Both the position numbers and the translations under genes were made by a program. Source: Neoconidiobolus thromboides FSU 785 (Eukaryota > Fungi > Entomophthoromycota). Taken from it: a stretch of DNA of 64,000 nt. The DNA is taken from assembly GCA_025603075.1 (NCBI GenBank), contig MU626259.1:62001-126000 (forward strand), in the 5' to 3' direction. This document shows, piece by piece, positions 1 to 15,755 of the stretch (positions are counted from its first letter, which is position 1; every line of letters starts with the position of its first letter). The notes under the pieces were generated by a model that worked only from the letters and a program-made list of their open reading frames with translations, searched no databases and had not been told where the DNA came from.

Positions 1-370
1 ACTGTATTGTGTAGCTCATTATGTCAAGAAGAATTAAATGCAGACTTGATCTATAATTCAATGAAAGATAAAATTCATCAACCATATAGACAACACTTAG
101 TATGATTATTCATTTACATTTATTTCTTTTAATAATTCTTAGATTCCTGGTTTAGAAGAATGCTTAAAAACTTTGACTCCTTCAAGTCTACCTGGATTAC
201 TAGGCATATGTCTTAGTGGTGCAGGACCTACCGTATTAGCCCTTGCCAGTGATAACCTGGACACTATTGGCAATACTATTAAAAAAATTTTAGACAAGGA
301 AGGTAAATGTGATTGCAAAGTCATGCCTCTACAAGTGGAGCCTAAAGGTGTAGAAGTAATTTATAATTAA
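1..370 (+). CDS. THR1: Homoserine kinase, 3' part (5' end outside the window); intron 100-142
   Basis: Spliced read MKDKIHQPYRQHL/IPGLEEC...GICLSGAGPTVLAL matches GHMP homoserine kinase C-terminal motifs; GT-AG intron. Confidence 0.9.
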
Positions 371-428
371 AAATAATAAATAAACTCAATTTTTTGTTAA
401 CTATTTTATTATAATCTGAATTACAATT

Positions 429-3322
<2,894 letters not shown>

Positions 3323-4315
3323 GATAACAACAATTTATTCTTTCTTTATTACGAGAAAAATGGTTAAAACTCAGTAATTATTAGTTCCTAAGTCGTAGTC
3401 AGTTTAATGTGACCTGGTTATAATGGATTTAATTGGCTGTTATTTACTAAATTAAGTCTGAGTGATTTAAATGCTCTAGTAATTTTATCATAACAATATT
3501 AAATGCACAGTTTTCCAGATAGGCAAAGTTTGAAACATTAGAACTAAAGACTATTTCTGTCAACTCATTATATTAAACTTGTCTATCTAGAATAATTTTT
3601 TCAAGCCTTATCCATGCTCAATAAGCTTTTTATTTTTGACGTTTTGTACTTATACTTGATATTCAAAAGTAATAGTCAAACTCTTAAAAATGTCATTATA
3701 TATATTTGTAATTTTTAATTATAATCACTTATTACTTTTCAAAAATCATTGAATTTATATGAGATACTATTGTGTTTTAATATACACGTGTGGTGTGAAA
3801 AATAGAAGTTGTATTCCATTAATAATTAAATTAAAGCATTGTAAAAAATTCCAACTTGTAACAATAAAAGTTATTTTTAAAACTTTGATAAATATAAGTT
3901 CAGTATAAAATAAACAATACGATGGATTAAAATGTGAAATTTATGAGATCATCTACTCAATATACTATTTTAAATATTTATTAAAGCTAGACTTAAATTA
4001 TGTAAACATCAAAGTATTCTCAAACGTTAATCATATATATCAATTTCAGTGCTATATGGTTATTTAATATTATACCAGGTATTCTCGTCTAGTGTGTCGC
4101 AAATTTTACAAAGTTTGTTTGGTGATGGTCACAAGCTACAGCAATAACAGCTACATTTAAAAGCTACTACTAACCCAAAGAAAATAAAATTACAGTCAGA
4201 AAAACATTTATAACCGATTTCCATGTTATAACATTAGTTCTTGATCTCATGATTAGAGTTGTTTTGTAAGGATAAAAAGCAACCAAACTTTTATTGCTAG
4301 TTATTACAAAACAAA

Positions 4316-4421
4316 ATATGGGAATGTATTGTTTGTATTTAAGAATTTCACTAACAATTTTTCCACTCAAATAGCGCTTAAAAGATGGAAAAAGTAATGA
4401 AGTCAGAAAACGTCCTCATAT
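4316..4421 (+). mobile_element. MITE-A copy
   Basis: ATAT-GGGAATGT...AATAGCGCTTAA...CCTC-ATAT. Confidence 0.8.
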
Positions 4422-4891
4422 GCTATTATAATAATGATTTTATTCTAAGTATTAGTTTTTAATTCATTAGTGAAATTTTCAAAAATCTAAACTGCTATTT
4501 TAATTAATAACGCCGCTTTTTTAGGTCAAAATTTGCCACATATTAGGTGAGAATACTTAATAAAATAGTATTTATAGCTATTTTAAGTAATACATGGGAC
4601 TGCTTTTTACCTTTTACCCTTTTTATTTTTCAGAGTTAGTTGGTCAATGTAGCTGTTTGAGTTCTAATGTATGCTGACAAATGATGATATTTATAGCCAA
4701 CTATTTGTTTTTTCATGCCAACTTGAGGCTTGTTGGTTTGATTTTTATTTTAAAATAAATAGTTAGCTAGCAGATACCCAAGCTTGAACAGTGTACTGGT
4801 TGATTAATTTCTAAATTTAAAATAATAAAAGACAATTAGCAAAAAATATTTAGATATATTACGGCCTATTACCTTCTATATAAAGTAATAT

Positions 4892-4897
4892 GCGGCT

Positions 4898-4941
<44 letters not shown>

Positions 4942-4964
4942 GCGTTCAATCCGCGGTGGGCGCA
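4892..4964 (+). tRNA. tRNA-Phe(GAA), intronless
   Basis: 73-nt cloverleaf GCGGCTATAGCTCAGTTGGGAGAGC...CTGAAGA...GTTCAATCC...GCGCA; G4:G69 mismatch in the acceptor stem. Confidence 0.93.
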
Positions 4965-5123
4965 TTAAAATGCAAACTCATTTTTCCTTACAATACTAAT
5001 ATTTCAAGTAGACTAAACACTTAAATGTAATTCATGAAATAATAGTTTTTTGAATACATTGCATTAATTTGTGATGGTTTACTATTTTGTTTTAATGTAT
5101 ATTGTTGTTCTAAAAGAAATTAT

Positions 5124-5223
5124 ATAAGGGTGTTTTTTTAGCTTCATCACTTTTTCCATTCCTTGAGTGCTATTTAAGTCGAAAAATTGTTAGTAGAATT
5201 GCTAGACAAATACATCCACTTAT
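5124..5223 (-). mobile_element. MITE-A copy (diverged)
   Basis: Reverse-orientation match to the consensus. Confidence 0.7.
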
Positions 5224-5879
5224 GTTGATGATTGCTATTAATATTAAATTAAGCTTTGATGCAAATTTATTTTTCTAACAATAAAAATAATTCAGTTATT
5301 TAAAAATGGTTCTGTTATTCTAGATAAAATAATTCCACAAACTATCTAGGGTTTGAAAATATCAAGAGTAGATAAATCAAGTAAAAATATGATTTATTAG
5401 ATTGAAAAGCTTGTATATACTTTAAGGCTTATTCTTTAATAATTAACTTTAATATATAATATTTTAATCTGTATTCATTAATAGGTTTACAATACTTTGA
5501 CAAAAAACTCAATAAAAACAGAAGTACAACAGCTTCTAAATATCAATGTAATAGACATTAAACTGAACAAATAATAGTAAGTATCTCTTGTTATTAAAGA
5601 ATTTAATATTATTTTTTAGTTTTAAAGTTATGCTATGGCAAAAATCTCGTGATTCTTATATAGTTGTACGTATCATAATACAATTTTACAACCTCCAATG
5701 TGTAATATTTTGATTTTGTAAGCCACAGTGAGCTGCAGTAAGTTTTCAATTTAGAATGACCACATCTTTCATCTACACTAGTGTAAACCATCCTTTAGGG
5801 TTGCATTTTACTATTAATAAATTGATGAACCAATGTATTATAAATATAGCTTATAAGATAATATTTTAGTAAAATTAAA

Positions 5880-6997
5880 CTAAGGTAAAGGCTGTGGTGG
5901 TATCCTTTTTTCCCAATTATCTAGGAAGTAATCGGAGCAGTCTATAAAATGTGTTGTAATAACTAATATTTCTATAAAATTTATATTTTACCTTTAATAA
6001 CTCCAATAGGTAATTGGAGTTCATCAAGCCAGATCTTATCTTTATTGCGCTCTTTTGCATGTATGTTTTCATTTAAAAACATAGTTGCTAAAAAAAGGGC
6101 CGAGCCAGCGATAATTGCAGGTGGATAACGAAGAACCATCGTCGAACTTACAAAACTAAATAATAACGTTTAAAATAGAATCAACAAATTTTAAAAAAAT
6201 ACCTTTCATAAATAATATCATTAGCTAGAGATTCAATCTGAGGAGAAACTAAATAAGATATATCACTTCATTTTCTAAAACAACATAGTAGTAAGCTTAC
6301 ATTCTATAGTCCTTTTAAAGAGACGAATATATTCTTCCGGAGGTTTATAATTAAAATCTCCGTTATTTGATATAGCAACCAGATGTTCGTATGTAAGTAA
6401 AGTCTGCCTCCATTTTGTTACTTCTTTTTTATAGAACTCCTCAGAAAAACCATTGTTATTGTTACAGATAATAATTATCTGTTTGGTAACCTCTCTTATT
6501 GAATATCCATGACTGTTATTTTTCAATGCTAATATAAACGAAGCCGCAGCTACTTCCTGTATTAAGTAGAAAGGATTAGATATTAAAATAATTATTATGA
6601 CTAATTACATAATAATGATCCCTATTAAAGTCTGAGTACATATAATGTCTCTGAAAAAAAGCTATCGCACTGGATAATACTTTTTGTGGTCTATTTTTTA
6701 ACTATTAGTTGATGGCAAAAATGAAATAAAATACAATTACACATTCACCCTTTTGCTCAATTTAGCAATAAATAAGCAGCCACGTAGCCTTAGCGTAAAT
6801 TCCTGTTCAAGTGTATAACCCAATTCTTGGCTTGGGGTAAGCTGGAAATCTGCTTCCTCATAAATGAAAAATTTCATCATATGGTCTTTATAATTATAAA
6901 TTTCGTCCCTGTTTTCAGGGTTTAATACTTGTAGGTCTGGCCTCATTTTTTTATAATTATAATGGTCATCGTAATAATAGTGCTCTAAGTTTTCCAT
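5880..6997 (-). CDS. Cyclin K/T/L-type transcriptional cyclin (Ctk2/Pch1-like), multi-exon
   Basis: Manual splicing gives TPSQELGYTLEQEFTLRLRGCLFI...PQKVLSSAIAFFQRHY...EVAAASFILALK...LRYPPAIIAGSALFLA (two cyclin boxes). Confidence 0.85.
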
Positions 6998-7535
6998 TAT
7001 AATATTTTATTGGATTGAGTTATTTCGAATTTAATTATTTAATTATAAACGTTGTATGGTTTCAATTAACTCAGTATCGAATTCCTATTTTTAGGGTGTA
7101 GAAGGAGTTAAATTAACTCTAGAATAGAAAGCAACCGTCAGCAAGTTAGCCTAATCCTTAAAAAATGGAATGTCAATGCTATAATTTTTTTCAGGAGACG
7201 AAAAAAATAAAAAAGCAGCCAATCATTAAATATTTAAAATGCAATTCAAAACTTGTATAATAATAAAAATAAAAATTTAAAATTATAAACGTGGAACAGT
7301 TGGTAATAGAAACTATGAAATAAAAGTAGAGTCATGGTTATTTTAATGATTTATTCTATTTTGGATGAAATCCCACATGGAAAACTGGGGATGAAATATA
7401 TTTTAAAATCACAATTTTCGAAATAGGGATATATAAAGCCAAACTATTTCTCGAATTCAAACTATTATTAATATAATACTATTGATTAGTAGCTATTAAT
7501 ACTTAATTTAATTATATATATTTACCTAATAATAA

Positions 7536-7733
7536 ATGATGGAGAGAAAAGAGCTTACTCGCAAAATGAGCAGTGTGTTAATAAGTAAGGGAAAGAAGAA
7601 GGAGAATAATCAAATGGAAATCGTTAATCTAAAAGATATAACACTACCGAACTTTGAAACAGGTCTAAAAGAAGGTTTCTTTGACGATAAAATTATCAGG
7701 ATATCTTTAACTCCAGAATGCGCTAACTTTTAA
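7536..7733 (+). CDS. Small hypothetical protein (65 aa)
   Basis: ATG-started ORF with protein-like composition, followed by AATAAA; no family recognised. Confidence 0.35.
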   Translation: MMERKELTRKMSSVLISKGKKKENNQMEIVNLKDITLPNFETGLKEGFFDDKIIRISLTPECANF

Positions 7734-7849
7734 TCTAATAATATTGTATAGTTTAATAAAGATCCCCCCTTTGAGTATTTTTACTATTTAGTTGTCATTT
7801 TTATTTTAAAACAAATTAACAAATAAAAATCAGTTAAAAGAATATAATT

Positions 7850-9270
7850 TTAATTGGAAGATGAAGATGGCATAGACTTGACTTTAGGTTCTTGATCGTA
7901 ACCTAATTCATAGAACATAGGGGAACGATAAGCTCTCATAACAGTTAAAATACAATGCTCTAAAGCCTGTGGGTGAATACCTAAATCTTGGAATTTTAAA
8001 GTTTCTTTGTGTACTTTATCATCAATCAACATCTATAAAACATAAGCATACACTCATATATTAAAGTATCAATTTACCAATTCAATTTCTTCTGGTCGAA
8101 GTACACGATATGGATAAATACTCATAGCTTTGGAAATTAAGCTAAAATCTTTAGTAAATTTTATGTATAAACTATATATTAATCATCTACCTAAAGATAG
8201 ATTTTGGTAAGTTGATTTTTCTTATATCTTCCTTAAGAATGTTCGATGCCATATCTAATATTTGGTCATAGGTAAGTTGATTAGGGCCTATCAATTCAAA
8301 TGTTTTTCCATTAAATTCAGTTTGTTCTTGAGAAATGATGTCAATAGCATGGGCAACATCTACAACATTGACTGGTCTTAACTTTTGTTTCCCATGGTTT
8401 ACCATGAGATGATTGTTTTTAGTAAAACCAATTCTGTTTAAGAAATAATCTTCTGGTCCGTACATTGTACTTGGTCTTACAATAGTAGCCTCAGGGAACT
8501 CATTTAATACTGCTTTTTCACCATAATATTTACTTTTATAATAATCAGATGGTGATTCAGGGTTGGCATTTAATGCTGAGATATGTACTAATCTACTAAC
8601 ATTTACTTCACGACAAGCTCTTGCAATAGCTTCTGCCCCTTTAACATGTACATCTTGAAACTTGAAGTTACGGGTTTCCCAAGTTCTACCAATTAAATTG
8701 ATGACGGTATCTGAATGCTTAACACATTCGATAATTTGGTCATAATTACGGATATCAATTTCCTAACCAATAGGCTTTAATTTTTTGCTAATTATTTATT
8801 AAAAAAAGTAATACCATTGGAATGACTTGACCTAAGTCTCCAGTTACTTTTAAATGTCTCTTATTATCTTCTTCGCCACGATAGGGGACCACTACTTGAG
8901 CACCACGACGAGCTAATACATCAATCATCTACATTCTTACATTTTATATAAATTACCTGCTTTGTTTACAACATATCTGCCAAGTGATCCAGTGCATCCT
9001 AAAACAGTAACAACTTCATTGTTGCTGGTAGATCTACCTCCAGATCCTTGACGTAATACGACTTTACCACTGTTAAGTAAAGCTACATCACTGTTTAATC
9101 TCTATAACGAATTAATAAACTATTATAAAAGTTGAGATAAATCTACCTTAGTGATGTAATTAATGTTAGATAATTTCAAAGCTAATTGAAAATCGAAGTT
9201 GTTAATATATGTTCTATTTTGTTATTTTATTTTATTTACATGCTTTTAGTACTCTACTGCTATTGTACAT
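7850..9270 (-). CDS. NDUFA9: NADH:ubiquinone oxidoreductase 39/40-kDa subunit (atypical SDR), multi-exon
   Basis: GSGGRST...VVTVFGCTGSLGRYVVN, YGPEDYFLNR, LRPVNVVDVA; start inferred at 9270 (MYNSSRVLKA). Confidence 0.92.
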
Positions 9271-9578
9271 TATTTTTTATTATTCTAAAAAAAAATTTGA
9301 TGATTTAAATCTTAAGATAATCTTTAGGGTGAAATTTAATCATCGCTTATTTAAAGGTCCCATAATTTGAAATTTGAATTTTTGAAATTTGATATTTCTG
9401 AGTTACACATACTATTAATTAGCTGACTAGTTTTTAATGATTCAATTAGCTTTATTCTTCTATATCAAAATAAAATTATAGTAAATCCAGCTATTTATGA
9501 AGAAAATTGAAAAATAATGACTAATTGAATAACTTATAAAGTTCAACTTTATTTAAAATATTTACCAAAGAAAAGGGT

Positions 9579-10469
9579 TTACTTATTGTAACCCATTAAA
9601 ATTTTGAACTGTCTGTTAATTCCAGTATGAAAAAATAAAACTAATAGGGAATCAATTAATCCACCACATACAATTAAAAATACTTTTAAGCTCGATAAAA
9701 TAAGTTTAACTTTAGTTGAGATACTACTACTAGTAGATAGATGCCCTTCGATTAATAGGAAAAAAATTCCTGGCATATAAACAACAGCAGATGCGATAAT
9801 AAATAGCCATCCACGAATGGTAACTCTTTTAACTTGCTTCCTTTGAATTGCTGCTTCAGTGCACATTTCTTCTGTATTACGGAGCTTAATAGATTTCCCT
9901 GCTTTATCTGTATATTTTAAAACACAAATATAAGATATCAATACAATAGAATAGCAAACAAACAAATGAATAAAAAGGTAATGGAAAGTAGCAGATGAGA
10001 TTGTTGAAGTATTTGGATATGGCTGAGAAATAAAGGCATATTTAGGTTTATAGAATTCACTATAATAAGCTGTCATGCTTAATAAAATGATTATAATTAA
10101 ACTTGATAAGTAAGGTGATACTATGATGATTAAATTTAAGAAAACTTCATTTAAAAAGGCTAATCTATACACAGCTAAACTGGCTGATAGTTGTGCGGAC
10201 AAGCATGGCCAAAACATATCTAAAAAGCCAAGAGACTGACTATAAGCTTGGATATTGTGAGGGTCTTCACCCAATACTCCATAAGCGATTACATAAATCA
10301 AAAAAACTACAAATGGCACAGAATCAGATATGATTAAACATATCAAGTATATTATATCTCTTCGAATGAGTTTCATTTTGTAAGTTAAATACAATAATAA
10401 TCCATTTAGTGAAAAGGTTGTGAATGTTATTACACCTAAGATAATAATCGGAAGTACTACAGGTACCAT
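9579..10469 (-). CDS. Intronless seven-transmembrane (rhodopsin/GPCR-like) receptor
   Basis: 296 aa with about 7 hydrophobic segments, N in TM1, D in TM2 (IISD), YR after TM3, basic third intracellular loop, D-S-L in TM7. Confidence 0.7.
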   Translation of the reverse strand: MVPVVLPIIILGVITFTTFSLNGLLLYLTYKMKLIRRDIIYLICLIISDSVPFVVFLIYVIAYGVLGEDPHNIQAYSQSLGFLDMFWPCLSAQLSASLAVYRLAFLNEVFLNLIIIVSPYLSSLIIIILLSMTAYYSEFYKPKYAFISQPYPNTSTISSATFHYLFIHLFVCYSIVLISYICVLKYTDKAGKSIKLRNTEEMCTEAAIQRKQVKRVTIRGWLFIIASAVVYMPGIFFLLIEGHLSTSSSISTKVKLILSSLKVFLIVCGGLIDSLLVLFFHTGINRQFKILMGYNK

Positions 10470-11947
10470 TGAAATGAAAAAAGGAGTAAGAAAAAAAGAG
10501 AGTTTGAACTTAATTTATATAATAGCATTTGGGAAAAAATTAAGGAGTTGTTTTTATATATTCTATATTTAGATGGTATTAAAAATATTAAAAATTTAAG
10601 CTTTCTTAAAATAGCGATTTTCCAATCACCTTTCATTTCGACTACTTTAAATCTCCATTTTTAACTTTTTAAATACTTTAGAATAACATGGGATGTTATT
10701 CTTCTCACACCTTTGTTTATTTTAACACTTGTTCTTAAACAAACAGGTAAGATTAAATTATAACTCTATCTGTATTCTAGCCTTCAAGCCAATACAGACA
10801 TAAATCTAATAATAGTTAGTAACTTGGTTCTAAATGAATGAAATAGTTAACTTATCAATATAGTTGACTGAACTCTATCTCAAAAACCATTTGTTCTTTT
10901 GAGTTGTTGTTTAGCCTGTTAAATAAATTGATTATATCTTATTATTACGGTTCATGTTATTTCTGACTTGACATCATTTATATCGCTCACTAAGAGTTTT
11001 TTTCAAATTGTGTTCTAAACTAAAAATAATTGGACCTATCTATTTCCTAAAGTCATAGAGAGATAAGCTGAAACCTCCTATTTGAAATAATACCTGATAT
11101 TTCTAGACTATTATTTTAGTAAGCTTACTTATTTCCAGGCATGAATCTTTTTTGTACCTGGACTTGGCTCTACCTACATACACTTCTAATTTTAAGAAAT
11201 TAAATTTTCAAAACAAAAATTATTGTTAATTAGTCATTTGTTATAAATTTATAGGAAATTATAATGAAGGATTACTATATGATGGTTTTTGGATTATTTG
11301 CTTTGTGTTTGAAACAGTATTTGTATTGTTTATTTAAACGAAGATTTTAATGTGCCCCCCTATGGTTTCATTTCATCTTTATGGTGATCTAAATCATCAA
11401 CTTTTTGACTACAAAATTCGATATGTATCATTTAAAATTTTATATAAATAAATAAAACTTTATAGCCTGATGATATAAGTATAGCAGAGTCATCAGGCTC
11501 TATTACTTTATTTTTACAATTTTCGGACTATTTTGAATATATAAACTTTTTACTAAGGTGAATAAAAGGTTTATATTTCAGGCTCTATGGAAATAAAACA
11601 CTTTAATGTTTTGAAAATTTAATAAACGTATTTTCTATATTTAAACCTTCTTTATAAGTAATGCATTATTGATATGGTGTTTTCTTTAGTTTTATTAATA
11701 AATTTTATAGCCTTTTTATTAAGTCAAAATAGACAAAAAGTGAAATCAAAAAGACATTTATACTTTAAATGTTAATTTTTTTGGTACATCTCAAAAACCA
11801 TCCCTTAAAAATTATTCTCATTAGAAAAAAAAAGCTGCAACTATTGGATTTCAAATTATGTAATTTTAGCTTAAACTACTTACTGCTTTTGAGATTAAAA
11901 GCTTGAGAAGAATAAATAGATAAAAGCAATTATTAATCTACAATCAA

Positions 11948-13551
11948 ATGAAAGAAAAATATATCGAAACCCCATTAGATGTGATAGATGAAATACTAGG
12001 TAAGGGAATTACAACTATAAAAATAAAGCCAACTAAAATAGTGATAACATTTAACAATTTAGATCAGTACGATATCAATAGCTGGGAGGAAGCTCATGAA
12101 AGAGTTAGTAAGGAGTTTGAAGCTTTTTTGGCAAAAGATAACGTAATTCAAGAGGTAATTCGGACTAGTTTTTGTAATTTGATATGTTAATGTTTTAGCT
12201 ATTTTTACTTCAATCAAACAATTTAGAAGCATTGCCCAATTATCATAATAAATTGGTTAGATTCCATGGAATGATTCAAGATAACTCTTATGGACAAGAA
12301 ATGATTATAAGCCAATATATAGAAAATGATAAAATTTGCTATAATAGCTATCGTAATATTAACGAAGTAGATGTTAAAGAGGAAATTCGGATGGAAAATT
12401 ACAAATTAGAAGACGTTCATATAACCCAAGCAATAAGCACACCTGGAATTTACAACTCAACCGAAAGGCATTTGAATGTTTTATTAAAATTTTATGGTAA
12501 AGAAAAATCAACAGCTGTTGGCCAATTAACTGAAGTGGTTGGTGTGTCGAGTTCAATAGATAATCAGGTATGTATACATGTCGTATTCTTTAGTAACATT
12601 AACGAACCAATGAAATTGTATCAAGATCTAGAAGTGGAAAATACATGTTTTGACGCTAGATCAATTAATAAAGAGATTATTGAGCACTTTAAAGGCTATT
12701 TTAATAACGACAAATATGCTAGCGAGTTGTTGTGTTTATTTTTATTAAATTGTAATGTTAATATTGAGGAGTTTCATTCCTTAAATTTAGTATTCACACA
12801 AAAACACGACATATCAAAACTAATACAATTTATAAAAAGCGTTCTGCCTATCGTCAATGTCTTTGACTTAACAATTAATAGTTTAAATCAAACTCAGCTA
12901 TTTCCAAGTAACATGTCAGGAGATAATTTAGAGTGGGCGAAGTTACAGCTACCCAAAAAAAGTTTGTTAATAATTAATGAAATGGACTTAGAAGAAGGGC
13001 AATTAAATGATAATGGAATTAATAATTTAAATTGGTTGATGATGTTAACTTCAGATAATAAGTTAACCTATAGGTTTTCTCATTTTAACCAAGTTATGGC
13101 AGCAGACTATAGAGTTCTAATTTTGTCAAAACACAGCTCACTTTTAGGCTCTTCTTTTAAGATTAACTTAGATGATAAAGATATAGGAAATTCAATCAAC
13201 AACATAGATAATGAAGTAGTTAACTTATTTAAATACTATTTTAATAATAAAATAGAAGGAAAGAATTTTGAACTCAATGACGAAGTTTCTAAAGTAATTC
13301 AAGAAGATTATGTAAATTTACGTAAGGAAGGAAAATTATCTTACCAAAATTTGAACAACAAGGCTAAAGAAAAAATTATTTTTGGACCCGAAGATTTAAA
13401 TAATTTATTATGCTTAATGAAATTAGTTACTATATCTAATGGGTATATCGAAGAGGATTCAGTTCAAAACTGGAAGCATTGCCTTGATTTATATTTACAT
13501 ATGATTCACTCGTTTTCTACTCAAAATTCAATTACATCAATTGGAAGATAA
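11948..13551 (+). CDS. MCMBP: Mini-chromosome maintenance complex-binding protein (Mcb1); intron ~12158-12198
   Basis: LVRFHGMIQD, LQLPKKSLLIINEMDLEEGQLNDNG and VIQEDYVNLRK motifs typical of MCMBP. Confidence 0.85.
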
Positions 13552-13658
13552 ACTCATACAAATTACAAATATAAGCTTTTATAATAAAAGATATAAATAA
13601 AAATAATAAAGTTAAAATAAAACAAAAATATGTTTGGTTTATTATCAAAATTATGTAA

Positions 13659-14586
13659 TCATTTTTCAAGACCTACAATTTTAAGTGAATGTTCATAGGC
13701 CTCTTTAATCTAAACTAATGTTAGTCTTTGTTTTAAATTCATACTATAAATAACTTACTTTATCTGAATTAAACTCAACCCAGTCGAATTTTTCTTTAGA
13801 ATAAAACAAAGTAGAATTTTCATTAGGAGGTGGACCTAAAGGAAGTAAATTGGAGGTACTTGAGATAAGCATTCTGTTAACACCTTGTTCCATAGTAGAA
13901 GCAAAAGGGAAAAGAGGGAAGATCTTATTTAATATAAATTTCGTGATGAAATTTACATCTTTAGCTAGATTAGTATTTGGAACAAAACCTGGGCATAAGT
14001 TGATCAATTGTATGTCATCCTTTAAAACATTGTTTTTAAGATAAGTGTAAGTTAATAAAGATAACCTTTTAGACATTGGATAAATAAACGAACTGGGAAC
14101 TCCATGTTGGGTTGGATTAAGATCTAATAAATCTTGATCATCTGTGACTTTAGTATGAAGAGAGGAGCTGGTATTGACAATACGACTATTTTTAGTATCT
14201 TTTAACAAATCCGATAATAAATGGGTTAATAAGAAATGACCATAATGGTTACAAGATAAAGTAAGATCTATGCCTTCATTATTTACTTCAGCGTCATTAC
14301 GATAGTAAGCACCAGCATTGTTAAATAAAATATCTAATCTCTTATACTTCGATTTAAATTGATCTGAAAACTTATAAATAGAATCCTTATCACTCAAATC
14401 TAAACTCATAAACTCAATATTATCTTTACCACCACTTGTTTTTTTTATTTCTTCAACAGCTTCTTCTCCTCTTTGTTTATTACGACTTGCAATAATAATT
14501 TGATAGTTAAAATGAATTAAACGTTGGGCATAATGATATCCTAAACCACTATTTCCACCAGTTATTATACAGACTAATCTTTCCAT
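13659..14586 (-). CDS. Short-chain dehydrogenase/reductase (RDH12/WWOX-like); short last exon after an intron at ~13710-13758
   Basis: ITGGNSGLG, LDLSD, LFNNAG, NHYGHFLLT, YPMSK (YxxSK). Confidence 0.9.
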
Positions 14587-14708
14587 TTCGTTTTATTTTT
14601 TAGAGTTTTCTTGTAATATAAAAAATCGTTTCTTTTTATATACCTTATATAACTTTTTTCTTAATTCTAATATTATAGATAACTGCTACTAAGTAAACTA
14701 ATTGTAAA

Positions 14709-14816
14709 CTTTCCACATTATGTGATGGTTTCATAAATCAAACGCTGTCATATAATTAGTGATACTGTATTAGATGAAAATACTTAATTTACGAAACCAT
14801 CATATAATGTGGGAAG
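14709..14816. mobile_element. ~108-bp inverted-repeat element (second MITE type), ~30-bp arms
   Basis: CACATTATGTGATGGTTTCATAAAT ... ATTTACGAAACCATCATATAATGTG; 4 bp from a MITE-A copy. Confidence 0.55.
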
Positions 14817-14820
14817 AACT

Positions 14821-14925
14821 ATATGGGGATGTATTTTTGTATTTGAGAATTTTACTAACAATTTTTCTACCCAAATAACGCTTAAAGATGGAAAAAATAA
14901 TGAAGCCAAAAAAACATCCCCATAT
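14821..14925 (+). mobile_element. MITE-A copy
   Basis: ATATGGGGATGT...ACATCCCCATAT, perfect terminal inverted repeats. Confidence 0.9.
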
Positions 14926-15210
14926 TTAGATTAGTAGTATCACTAATTTGAAACGCAATCTCCAAATATAAAATTATAATATTTTAAAAATGATTAAACT
15001 AAGCTATCTTATAAAATAAAAGACTAGATTTTATAAATTAATATTCTTATAGTAAAGTAAGTGCCATTGAATCATATTTTACACAAGCTCCTACTTTTAG
15101 TATTCTTAAACAAAAAACTATCTCGGGTTTTTTAAATTATATGACTTTTTAAGTTTTCAAGCTAATTTATAGAATTAATCAGATATCCCAATTTACCAAA
15201 ATTTAAAAAT

Positions 15211-15300
15211 TAAATACAATAAAAATCCGACTCAAATCCTTAAACACAATAGAAATCCGACTCAAATCCTTAAATACAATAAAATCCGACTCAAATCCCA
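15211..15300 (+). repeat. 30-bp minisatellite x3
   Basis: TAAA(T/C)ACAATA(A/G)AAATCCGACTCAAATCC units. Confidence 0.9.
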
Positions 15301-15340
15301 TATTATTTTGCCTAATAATTAGCATTAATAAAAATTGGAA

Positions 15341-15443
15341 ATATAGGGGTGTTTTTTTGACTTCACTGTTTTCCATTTTTTAAGTGCTATTTAAATGCAA
15401 AATTGTTAGTGAAATTCTTAAACACAAAAATATATCCCCATAT
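15341..15443 (-). mobile_element. MITE-A copy
   Basis: Reverse match to the consensus. Confidence 0.8.
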
Positions 15444-15755
15444 GCTTAAATATTTATATCCTATCTTATTTTTCAGACATACAAGGTGTATTATTTAGAG
15501 CTAAAACTTTCTTTTGATTTTAATTTCTTATCTCTTGTCATTCCGCATTTATTCATTTAATATGATTGATCTGAAGCCTTATAGTATTAAAATAATAAAA
15601 ATGCAAAAGTTCGAGCATTTAGCTTAACAGAAATAAGAGAGATCTTATATTCAAAAATGGTTTCATTTTGACTATATTAGTACTCATTTTCGTTTGTAAC
15701 TTTTTGAAGTTTAATTAATAACTTTCAGCAAATAAAATAACAATTCACGAGGATT

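Noticed and set aside
4170-4370. ORFs 4170-4370, 21369-21566, 36528-36743, 52087-52272 sharing FKRYLSGKIV
   Set aside because: The similarity comes from MITE-A sequence, not from a protein family
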